From Candidatus Methylomirabilia bacterium (lineage in GTDB: Bacteria; Methylomirabilota; Methylomirabilia; Rokubacteriales; CSP1-6): DNA of 14,698 nt. Position numbers and translations under genes: made by a program. The notes below the pieces were generated by a model. That model made no database searches. It saw only the letters and a program-made list of their open reading frames with translations, and was not told where the DNA came from. Below, piece after piece: positions 7,024 to 14,698 of this stretch (its first letter is position 1; every line of letters begins with the position of its first letter). The stretch lies in contig JBHIBG010000066.1 in the NCBI GenBank assembly GCA_046758965.1, positions 1 to 14,698 on the forward strand. Reading direction: 5' to 3'.

Positions 7024-8256
7024 ATGAACCGGGCTGCCACGCTGACCGTCCAGGCACGGGCCGGGGTCACCGCTGAGATCCGGCACCGTCGCGCCCAGCC
7101 GCGGGTGGTGGGGGCGGCGGTCGCGCTCCTCCTGATCGGCGCGACCTGGCTCGCGGCGAACTACGGGCTCCGGCATGGAACGCTCTTCCTCGTCGGGGCC
7201 GGCTTGGGCCTCGTGCTCTATCATGCCGCCTTCGGGTTCACCACGGCCTTCCGGCTCTTCGTTGCCGCGGGCGACGGCCGCGGCCTCCGGGCCCAGATGC
7301 TGATGCTGGCGGTGGCCACCCTCCTCTTCGCTCCGATGCTGGCGTCCGGGGAGGTGATGGGTCGCGCCGTGGGCGGGGCGCTGGCACCGGCGAGCGTGTC
7401 GGTGCTGGTCGGCGCCTTCATCTTCGCCATCGGCATGCAGCTTGGCGGCGGCTGAGCGTCAGGTACCCTCTTCCAGTTCGGAGGAGGAACAACGCCCCTG
7501 ACGCTGACGCTGATCGCGTTCATCGCGGGCTCCGTGCTCGCCACCTTCCATATGCCGTTCTGGTGGGCGGCACCGTCGCTCGGTGAGATTTCGCTCGGCG
7601 CGACGCTCGGTTGGACGGAGGCGGTGATCCTGCAGGTCGCCGCCTTAGCGCTGATCGCGGCGATGACATGGTGGGTCGAGCGGCGACGGCTCGGAGCGCA
7701 GCCGCGCATAACGCCGTCGGGTGGGGGCTGGCAGCGGCTGCTTCATGGGCCGTGGCCGCTCCTCGCGGGTGGCGTGGCCCTGGCCGGCCTCAATGCGCTG
7801 ACGCTTGCCGTGGCCGGGCATCCTTGGACGATCACGTGGGCCTTTACGCTCTGGGGCGGCAAGGTGCTTCAAGCCGTGGGGTACGACCTCTCCACGGTGC
7901 CGTACTGGACCGGCGGCTTTCAGCAGGCGGCGCTGGCGGCCCCGGTGCTCGCCGACGTGACCTCCGTGATGGACGTGGGTCTCGTGCTCGGCGCCTTTCT
8001 CGGGGCGGGCTTGGCCGGGCGCTTCGCGCCCGGGCGGCGTATCGCACTGCGGATCGTCGTCTCCTCGGTGCTGGGAGGTCTCTTGCTCGGCTACGGCGCC
8101 CGGATCGCCTTCGGCTGCAACATCGCGGCCTACTTCAGCGGCATCGCCTCGACCAGCCTCCACGGCTGGCTCTGGGGCCTGGCGGCGCTCCTCGGCACGC
8201 CGGTCGGCCTCAGGCTGCGCAGGCTCTTCGGAGTTGACCATGCGCCCTCCTGCTGA
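7024..8256 (+). CDS. YeeE/YedE (thiosulfate/sulfur transporter family) membrane protein with probable selenocysteine (U144), 410 aa
   Basis: ORFs 7024..7455 and 7534..8256 are in frame and separated only by TGA 7453-7455. Readthrough gives FAIGMQLGGG-U-ASGTLFQFGGG, where the family consensus is GMQLGGGCASGTL. The second-repeat motif GGLLLGYGARIAFGCNIAAYFSGIASTSLHGW is intact. Multiple TM helices. Confidence 0.88.
7467..7487 (+). promoter_or_regulatory. Putative bacterial SECIS hairpin of the YeeE-like gene
   Basis: 8-bp stem CCTCTTCC (7467-7474)/GGAGGAGG (7480-7487) with one G-U pair; loop AGTTC (G at position 2). The stem starts 11 nt after the UGA. Confidence 0.65.
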
Positions 8257-8300
8257 GGCTGTCGAGATGCCCATAAGCAGTGGAGAGCCGTGCGCTTACC

Positions 8301-8358
8301 GCCCCCCTTCACCGTCCCCTCTCCCCCCCGCCGGGGGAGAGGACAGTGGCGAGGGGGC
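8301..8358. repeat. REP-like palindrome (CCCTCTCCCC...GGGGAGAGG class)
   Basis: 10-bp stem CCTCTCCCCC (8318-8327)/GGGGGAGAGG (8333-8342) plus outer GCCCCC/GGGGGC pairing; intergenic, no U-tract. Confidence 0.65.
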
Positions 8359-8427
8359 AGCGGGGTCTGCGTGGCCTGAGCTGCGCCGCCGGGAAGCTCT
8401 CGGAGAACACATGAGGGAGGGTTGGCT

Positions 8428-10053
8428 GTGAGTGTCGCCAACCGACCTGAACCCGGCCGGGCCTTGACCTTAGCTCCGCGGGGCGTGGTGACATGCCCCC
8501 ATGCCCTCGCCTCGGAGGCCGGGGTGGAGGTGCTCAAGGCTGGTGGTTCGGCGGTGGATGCGGCGATCGCGGCCAACGCGGCCCTGAGCGTGCTCTATCC
8601 CCACGGGTGTGGGATTGGAGGCGATGCCTTCTGGCTGATCTACGACGCGCGCCAGCGCTCGGTTCAGTTTCTCAACTCGAGCGGTCGCGCCCCCGCAACT
8701 GCAACACTCGAGTCGTTCCGCGAGCGCGGGTTGTCCGAGATTCCGTTCAGGGGGCTCCTGTCGGTCACCGTACCGGGCGCGGTCGATGGCTGGATCACCG
8801 CGCATGCCCGCTACGGCCGGCTTCCCTTCCCGCGCCTGTTCGAGGCTGCGGTCGGCTACGCTCGGGAGGGTTTTCCGGTCACCGAGCGAGTGGCGAACTA
8901 CATCGAGGAGGCGCTGGACCTGCTTCGGGCCACGCCCGACACGGCGAGGATGTACCTGAAGGACGGGCGCACGCCACGGGAGGGTGAGCGCCTCATCCAG
9001 CCTGACCTGGCTCGGACCCTGGAAGCGGTCGCCACGGGCGGGCGCGAGGCCTTCTACGAGGGCGAGATCGCTCGGGAGATCTGCCGCTATAGCCAAGAGC
9101 ATGGGGGTCTCCACTCGGAGCGGGACTTTGCCGCCCAGCGGTCAGAGTGGGGAGAGCCGCTGGCTACGACCTATCGTGGGGTGACGATCTACCAGACCCC
9201 CCCCAACACTCAGGGCCTGACCCTGCTCCTGTTGCTCAACATGCTCGAAGGCGATGAGCTGGGAAGCCTGGAGTATCTGGGCGCTGACTACGTTCACCTT
9301 CTGGTGGAGGCCAAGAAGCTGGCCTTCGCTGACCGCAAGCGCTATATCGCAGATCCGGCCTTCGCGAAGGTGCCCGTAGCCGAGCTGATTTCCAAGGAGT
9401 ACGCCGGGCAGCGGCGGGCCCTCATCGACCCTCGGCGCGCGGCTCGTTGGAAGCGCGTGGAGCCCGGCTCTCTGGCGGGTGACACAGTTTACATCGCCAC
9501 GGTGGACGCTGAGGGGAACGCCGTCTCCCTGATCCAGAGCGTGTACGGCGTGTTCGGCTCGGGCGTCGTGGCGGGCCGAACTGGCGTTCTGCTCCATAAC
9601 CGCGGCGCGTACTTCTCCCTGGACCCGTCCCACCCCAACCGCCTTGAGCCCGGCAAGCGCCCGTTGCATACCCTGATGGCGTCCCTCGCTTTCCGCAACG
9701 GCCAACTCTGGGGAGTGTTCGGAACCATGGGAGCCGATGGCCAGCCCCAGATTCACCTGCAGGTCTACTCCGCCATGATCGACTTCGGCTTAAACCTCCA
9801 GGAGGCCATCGAGGCCCCGCGCTGGCTCTCCGGTCGTTTCTATCCCGGCGACCCCCAGGATCTCCTGAACCTCGAGGGCCGGTTCCCCGCCCACACCCTC
9901 ACCGAACTGGAGGCCCGGGGGCACATTGTGGACCGGTGGGGCCCGTGGCACCGTCGCGCCGGGCACGCCCACGGGATCATTCTCCAGCCCGACACCGGGA
10001 CCCGGATGGGTGCTGCGGACCCGCGGAGTGACGGCGCCGCGATCGGGTATTGA
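8428..10053 (+). CDS. ggt: Gamma-glutamyltransferase family (Ntn hydrolase), cytoplasmic type
   Basis: GTG 8428 after GGGAGG. Motifs GGSAVDAAIA, GIGGDAF, VTVPGAVDGW, autoprocessing site GD|TVYIATVDAEGNAVSLIQS, PGKRPLHTL, GTMGADGQPQ, GAADPRSDG. No signal peptide. Confidence 0.93.
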   Translation: MSVANRPEPGRALTLAPRGVVTCPHALASEAGVEVLKAGGSAVDAAIAANAALSVLYPHGCGIGGDAFWLIYDARQRSVQFLNSSGRAPATATLESFRERGLSEIPFRGLLSVTVPGAVDGWITAHARYGRLPFPRLFEAAVGYAREGFPVTERVANYIEEALDLLRATPDTARMYLKDGRTPREGERLIQPDLARTLEAVATGGREAFYEGEIAREICRYSQEHGGLHSERDFAAQRSEWGEPLATTYRGVTIYQTPPNTQGLTLLLLLNMLEGDELGSLEYLGADYVHLLVEAKKLAFADRKRYIADPAFAKVPVAELISKEYAGQRRALIDPRRAARWKRVEPGSLAGDTVYIATVDAEGNAVSLIQSVYGVFGSGVVAGRTGVLLHNRGAYFSLDPSHPNRLEPGKRPLHTLMASLAFRNGQLWGVFGTMGADGQPQIHLQVYSAMIDFGLNLQEAIEAPRWLSGRFYPGDPQDLLNLEGRFPAHTLTELEARGHIVDRWGPWHRRAGHAHGIILQPDTGTRMGAADPRSDGAAIGY

Positions 10054-10056
10054 TAG

Positions 10057-10986
10057 ATGAGGTTCGGTCTCTTCACCGGCCTCACGGCGATCGCCTGGCC
10101 AGACCTTGTGGGCCTGTGGCAGCACGTCGAGGCGACCGGCTGGGATTCGGCCTTCGTCACCGATCACTTCATGCCGAACCTCCCCGATCCGGTGGGCGAC
10201 ACCCTGGAGTGCTGGACTGCACTTTCAGGCCTCGCGATAGTGACCCGGCGAATGCGCATCGGGACGCTGGTGTCGGGCAACACCTACCGCCACCCGGCGG
10301 TGCTGGCGAAGATGGCAGCCAACGTGGACATCATGTCGGGTGGCCGCCTGATCTGCGGCATCGGGTCAGCCTGGCAGGAGAACGAGCACCGCGCCTACGG
10401 GATCCCGTTCTACACCGAGGGGGAGCGGCTCCGGCGCCTGGAGGAAGCCTGCCAGGTCCTGATCGCCCTCTGGACCGGGGACAAGGCGGCCTTCAAGGGA
10501 ACCTACTATCAGCTCGAACGAGCGCCCCTCTTCCCGAAGCCGATCCAGAAACCCCACCCGGAGCTCCTGGTAGGAGGCGGCGGGGAGCGGGTCACGCTCA
10601 GGATCGCGGCCAGGTATGCCGATCACTGGAATGTCTGGGGCGGCCCCGGCATTCTCGCCCGCAAGGGGCGAATCCTGGACGAGCACTGTGCCAGCGTCGG
10701 CCGCGACCCCAAGAGCATCACCCGCTCGGCCAACATGGCGCTCCTGTTCACCGAGAAGAGGGATGAGATCGAGCGGCTGATCAATGCCTTCGTGAAGCGC
10801 TTCGGCTGGGGCGAGGCCGAGGCAAGGGACAGTGTCCTGGCGGGAAGCACGGCTCAGATCCAGGAGACCATCGGGCGGATGCGGGAGGCGGGGGTGGATG
10901 AGCTGTTCATTCCCACCTTCATTCCACCCTGGAGCTATGGTCCGCTGGACCGCTTCATCACCGAGGCAGCTCCGGCCTTCAGGTAG
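10057..10986 (+). CDS. LLM-class flavin/F420-dependent oxidoreductase (Rv1855c-like)
   Basis: GWDSAFVTDHF, LECWTALSGLA, IGTLVSGNTYRHPAVLAKMAANVDIMSGGRL, AWQENEHRAYG, PKPIQKPHP..VGGGGE..TLRIAARYADHWN. Confidence 0.9.
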   Translation: MRFGLFTGLTAIAWPDLVGLWQHVEATGWDSAFVTDHFMPNLPDPVGDTLECWTALSGLAIVTRRMRIGTLVSGNTYRHPAVLAKMAANVDIMSGGRLICGIGSAWQENEHRAYGIPFYTEGERLRRLEEACQVLIALWTGDKAAFKGTYYQLERAPLFPKPIQKPHPELLVGGGGERVTLRIAARYADHWNVWGGPGILARKGRILDEHCASVGRDPKSITRSANMALLFTEKRDEIERLINAFVKRFGWGEAEARDSVLAGSTAQIQETIGRMREAGVDELFIPTFIPPWSYGPLDRFITEAAPAFR

Positions 10987-10995
10987 CCCCTGGCT

Positions 10996-13128
10996 GTGAA
11001 GAGAACCGTTCACCCGATCATCGAGCAAGCGCTCCGCGAGGAGCGCCTGGTGTTGACCGAGCCCGAGGCGGCCTCGGTGCTCGCGAGCTGCGGAATTCCT
11101 CAGCCGCGAGAGGCCCACGCGAGCAGCGAGGCCGAGGCCGTTGAGGCCGCGGGTCAGCTGGGCTTTCCGGTGGTGCTGAAGCTCTGCTCGGGAGACCTCC
11201 TGCACAAGAGCGATCTGGGTGGGGTGAGGCTTCGTCTTGGCGATGCGGATGCGGTGCGCTCCGCGTTCAGCGACCTCCGCTCCGTGGCGACGACGCGCGG
11301 TATCACCTGGGCAGGGGTGCTGGTCCAGGAGCAGGTGGTTGGCGACGTCGAGGTGATTGTCGGGGCTCGGCACGATCCGACGTTCGGCCCGGTGGTCCTC
11401 GTTGGCCTCGGGGGGATCTTCGTGGAGTTGCTGGGCGACCGCGCGCTGAGGCTCGCCCCGATCAGCCCCGAGACCGCCCGCCGGATGCTCCGGGAGCTCA
11501 GGGGCTATCCACTGCTCGCGGGAAGCCGGGGTCGGGCCGGGGTCGACCTCGAGGCGCTGGCCGCCCTGGTCGCCGGCGTGAGCCGGCTGGCGACAGAACT
11601 TCCACTCGCCGAGCTGGACCTGAACCCGGTCATCCTGAGGGCTGGTGGGTCCGGCGCCGTCGCGGTGGACCGACGCCTGATCCTTCGCCCCGAAGCGCCA
11701 GGCCGGGACTCGCCAGGTGAGGTCTCTGGGGACGCGCGCGAGGCTGTCAGGCGGCTCCTTACCCCGTCCTCCGTGGTGGTGGTCGGTGCGAGTCGGGACA
11801 TCTCGAAGGTCGGCGGTCGCCTCCTCCACTTCCTGACCCTCCGCGGCTTTCCCGGCAGGGTATTCGCGGTCAACCCGCGGAGCGAAGCCATCGGTCAGGT
11901 CCCCACCTTCCCCTCGGTCTCGGTGCTTCCGGAAGCTCCGGATCTGGCCTGCCTGGTGGTCCCCCCGGAGGCCTGCGAGGCGGCGCTCAAGGAATGCGGC
12001 ACCAGAGGGATCCGCTCTGCCATCGTCTTCACCTCCGGTTTCTCCGAAGCCGGCAACGAGGAGGCCGAGCGCCGGCTGGTGGCGACCGCCCGCGAAGCCG
12101 GGGTGCGCTTCTGCGGCCCGAATAGCGTAGGGGTCCTGAACCCCGAGGCGCGCTTCCACGCCTCCTTCAGTGGCGCCCTGAATATCGCGCCGCCCCTCGG
12201 CGGCGAGATCGCCTACCTCTCGCAGTCGGGAGCGCTCGGCGGCTCGTTCATGAGCCGACTCTGGGAGCGGGGGATCGCGATCAGCCGCTTCGTATCGGTG
12301 GGGAACCAGGCTGACCTCGACATGGCTGACTACGTGGACGCGCTGGTGGACGATGAAGCCGCCAAGGTGATTGCCATCTTCCTCGAGGGGGTGGGCGACG
12401 GCAGGAAGCTCTGCCGCGCCCTCCTGCGCGCCCGCGAAGCAGGAAAGCCCGTCGTCGTGTTCAAGACCGGACAGAGCCTCGAGGGGCAGGCCGCCATCCG
12501 GTCCCACACCGGGGCGCTGGCCGGCGATCACGCGGTCTATGAGGCCGCGCTTCGCGAATCACAAGCTCTCAGGGTGCCGGATATTCCGGCGCTCTTCGAG
12601 GCGGCGATCGCGCTGGCCTGGCAGCCCGGGCCGAAGGGGTTGCGCGTCGGGATCCTCTCGACCTCGGGCGGCGCCTGCGGGATCCTCGCCGACGAGTGCC
12701 GTCAGCGCGGCTTTGAGGTTCCGGAGCTTCCGGTTGAGACGCGCAAGCGGGTTGAAGCCGCGATCCCGGCTTTCGGGGTCTCGAGGAACCCGATCGATCT
12801 CACCGCCCAGATGCTGGCCCGCCCGACCATGCTCAGGGATGCGCTGGCGATCCTGGCCGAGGAGCCCGAGATCGACGCGATCATCGTCATGCTGACCACG
12901 CTGACGGACCCTCTCGGGGAGCAGGTCGCGAACGACATGGTCGCGGCGGCTCGGGGGCTCGCCAAGCCGCTCCTGGTCGGCTGGATCGTCACCCGGTCGC
13001 TGGCCAAGAACGGGATGAGCCGCCTCATCGAGGCCAGGATTCCCATCTACGAAAGCCCCGAGCGCGTGGTCCTGGCGCTGTCCGCCCTGGCCGAATGGCA
13101 TCGCCTCCGCGAGGCGCATACGCCGTAG
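10996..13128 (+). CDS. ADP-forming acyl-CoA synthetase (acetate--CoA ligase family), fused, ATP-grasp domain N-terminal
   Basis: N-terminal ATP-grasp (GFPVVLK...HKSDLGGV, DPTFGPVVLVGLGGIFVE, ELDLNPV), then CoA-binding (VVVVGASRD, GPNSVG), SQSGALG, phospho-His SHTGALAG, and C-terminal STSGG...NPIDLT. Confidence 0.9.
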   Translation: MKRTVHPIIEQALREERLVLTEPEAASVLASCGIPQPREAHASSEAEAVEAAGQLGFPVVLKLCSGDLLHKSDLGGVRLRLGDADAVRSAFSDLRSVATTRGITWAGVLVQEQVVGDVEVIVGARHDPTFGPVVLVGLGGIFVELLGDRALRLAPISPETARRMLRELRGYPLLAGSRGRAGVDLEALAALVAGVSRLATELPLAELDLNPVILRAGGSGAVAVDRRLILRPEAPGRDSPGEVSGDAREAVRRLLTPSSVVVVGASRDISKVGGRLLHFLTLRGFPGRVFAVNPRSEAIGQVPTFPSVSVLPEAPDLACLVVPPEACEAALKECGTRGIRSAIVFTSGFSEAGNEEAERRLVATAREAGVRFCGPNSVGVLNPEARFHASFSGALNIAPPLGGEIAYLSQSGALGGSFMSRLWERGIAISRFVSVGNQADLDMADYVDALVDDEAAKVIAIFLEGVGDGRKLCRALLRAREAGKPVVVFKTGQSLEGQAAIRSHTGALAGDHAVYEAALRESQALRVPDIPALFEAAIALAWQPGPKGLRVGILSTSGGACGILADECRQRGFEVPELPVETRKRVEAAIPAFGVSRNPIDLTAQMLARPTMLRDALAILAEEPEIDAIIVMLTTLTDPLGEQVANDMVAAARGLAKPLLVGWIVTRSLAKNGMSRLIEARIPIYESPERVVLALSALAEWHRLREAHTP

Positions 13129-13142
13129 CGGGGAGTTCCTTC

Positions 13143-14438
13143 GTGGCCAGGGTGATTGTCATCAGCATTGATGGCTTCCCGGCGTTCTACTGGAGCGATC
13201 CTCGGGCCAGAATCCCGACCCTTCGGGCCTTAGCCGCGCGCGGGGCGGTCGCCAGGGGGATGGAGATGGTCTTCCCGAGCACGACCTGGCCGGGCCACGT
13301 CAGCCTGGTCACCGGCGTTCTCCCCAAGGCTCACGGCGTGGTGGGGAACAGCGTCCTGAACCGCTCGACCGGCCGACCCGAGGACCTCACCGGCGACCCG
13401 ATCTACGACGCGCACGAGCTGCTTCGCGTCCCCGCGATCCACGATCGCGCTCACGCCGCCGGCCTCACCACGGCGGCCATTGACTGGCCGGCCACCCGCG
13501 GCGCCGCGTCGCTCGACTTCAATCTGCCCTTCTTCAAGGAGCAGCGGATCTTCGAGGCTCACACCCCAGGCCCCACGTGGGCGGAGCTCTCTTCTCTGGG
13601 GTACCCGGTCGGGCGCCAAGGGGAGTGGGCCGAGCTGCCGAAGCGGTTCCTGAAAGACGCGATGGTGGCTGACCTCGCGGCGGATGTCTTCCACCGGTAT
13701 CACCCGCACCTCATGCTGGTGCACTTCCTCTGTGCTGACAGCTTCCAGCATCTGTACGGGCCGCGCTCCGCGGAAGCGTACTGGGCGATCGAGTACGTGG
13801 ACGAGCGGATCCGGCGCTTCCTCGACGCCCTGCCGCGGGATGAGCTCGATGCCCGGACCGCGCTCTTCGTGGTTTCCGATCACGGGTTTCTCCCGGTCAC
13901 GCAGGAGATCCGGATCAACGTGCGGCTCCGGCAGCTCGGACTCCTCCGGGCCGATGCTGACGGACGCGTGACGGGCGCCGAGGCTCGATTCGTGATGAAT
14001 CACGGAGCCGGGCACCTCTACATCCTGGATCGCTCGACCCCGCAAGCGGTGCTCCGAGACCTCACTCCCGAGCTCAAGACGATCGAGGGGGTCGCCGGCC
14101 TCTGGACCGAGGCGGATTACCCGGCTCTCGGACTCCCGACGGCTCGGGAGAACGCGCAGGTGGGAGATCTGCTGCTGGAGGCGGCGCCGGGCTACTGCTT
14201 CGCTGACACGGCTCAAGGGGACCTGGTCATCGGCCCGCCCCGATACCGCGGCACCCACGGGCAGCTGCCCACGCATCCTGACAACGCGGCGTTCTTCCTC
14301 GCGGCGGGGCCCGGAATTCAAAGAGGAGCTGAGCTTCCCGGCGTGACCTGTCTGGACGTGGCGCCCACGATTGCCCACACCCTCGGCCTCGGGCTCGGAG
14401 AGGCCGAAGGGCGGCTGCTCACCGAGATGCTCACCTAG
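13143..14438 (+). CDS. Alkaline phosphatase superfamily nucleotide pyrophosphatase/phosphodiesterase-like protein
   Basis: Likely start GTG 13143 after GGGGAG. Motifs VIVISIDG, catalytic-Thr FPSTTWPGH.SLVTG...HGVVGN, D..QH.YGP, VVSDHGF, GTHG, DVAPTIA. Confidence 0.88.
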   Translation: MARVIVISIDGFPAFYWSDPRARIPTLRALAARGAVARGMEMVFPSTTWPGHVSLVTGVLPKAHGVVGNSVLNRSTGRPEDLTGDPIYDAHELLRVPAIHDRAHAAGLTTAAIDWPATRGAASLDFNLPFFKEQRIFEAHTPGPTWAELSSLGYPVGRQGEWAELPKRFLKDAMVADLAADVFHRYHPHLMLVHFLCADSFQHLYGPRSAEAYWAIEYVDERIRRFLDALPRDELDARTALFVVSDHGFLPVTQEIRINVRLRQLGLLRADADGRVTGAEARFVMNHGAGHLYILDRSTPQAVLRDLTPELKTIEGVAGLWTEADYPALGLPTARENAQVGDLLLEAAPGYCFADTAQGDLVIGPPRYRGTHGQLPTHPDNAAFFLAAGPGIQRGAELPGVTCLDVAPTIAHTLGLGLGEAEGRLLTEMLT

Positions 14439-14494
14439 TGGTGTTCCTTCGAAGCCGGTCTCCGATGTCACAACCGCCGCTTCCTAGTGGGCCT

Positions 14495-14698
14495 CGCCCA
14501 GGCCACCGCCGCGGGTGGCGCCGGGCACCCGGATACCCGTCGAAGACGGAACGTATCCGGGTCGGGGGCGCCCCCACGGCGCGGAGCGCACCGGCTCTCA
14601 ACAGGCCTGGAACCAGACTCGCACGACGGGTCCTGACGGGCCCCCGAGCCTGCGGGAGCGAGCACCGTGGGGCTGCTCGCCGGGACAGGACCCGCGGC
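14495..14698 (-). repeat. ~200-bp structured intergenic repeat, copy 2 (inverted, may continue past window end)
   Basis: Reverse complement is about 90% identical to 4522..4725. The core hairpin ACCCGGATAC...GTATCCGGGT is perfect in this copy. Confidence 0.9.

Noticed and set aside
2431..8256. Treating the AhpD-like and YeeE-like genes as pseudogenes
   Set aside because: Two independent nonsense mutations both hitting the functional Cys, both TGA and both followed by hairpins, with otherwise intact frames, is unlikely. Not formally excluded.
8251..8262. YeeE C-terminal TGC-TGA-GGC resembling a Cys-Sec-Gly tail
   Set aside because: No stop follows the Gly, readthrough runs into non-coding REP-like sequence, there is no convincing hairpin at SECIS distance, and the protein is already full length.
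10051..10059. ggt TGA in frame with the LLM gene
   Set aside because: Immediately followed by TAG (double stop), and AAIGY is a normal GGT C-terminus.
10366..12531. Long minus-strand ORFs (721 aa here; also 1654..2820, 5375..6418, 5844..6932, 13230..14471)
   Set aside because: Antisense shadows of well-supported + strand genes in GC-rich DNA, with no recognisable motifs.
1..14698. Global UGA reassignment (code 4 or 25)
   Set aside because: Several genes terminate at TGA at expected C-termini, Trp and Gly use standard codons, and the only internal TGAs align to Cys.

Overview
GC-rich bacterial window with 12 co-oriented + strand genes and the 5' part of a divergent DUF3179-family gene. Most genes are catabolic or CoA-related: crotonase, Rv2258c-like methyltransferase, SCP-x/Ltp2-type thiolase-fold protein with DUF35 partner, ACT protein, small lipoprotein, HAD hydrolase, GGT, LLM oxidoreductase, ADP-forming acyl-CoA synthetase and an alkaline-phosphatase-superfamily enzyme. 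The key observation is that two genes split by the ORF track are each one reading frame interrupted by a single in-frame TGA at a conserved cysteine position, followed by a bacterial SECIS-like hairpin. One is an AhpD/CMD-like protein (NACPY-U-VHAH, CxxU). The other is a YeeE/YedE sulfur-transporter-family membrane protein (GGG-U-ASGTL). Both are probably selenoproteins, and DUF3179 is a third candidate whose motif lies outside the window. No Sec machinery is in the window. A ~200-bp structured intergenic element occurs twice in inverted orientation (~90% identical by hand alignment), each time just downstream of a CTAG-(C/T)GGTGTTCC motif that overlaps the stop codon of the preceding gene. 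All calls are from motif recognition; no database search was run.
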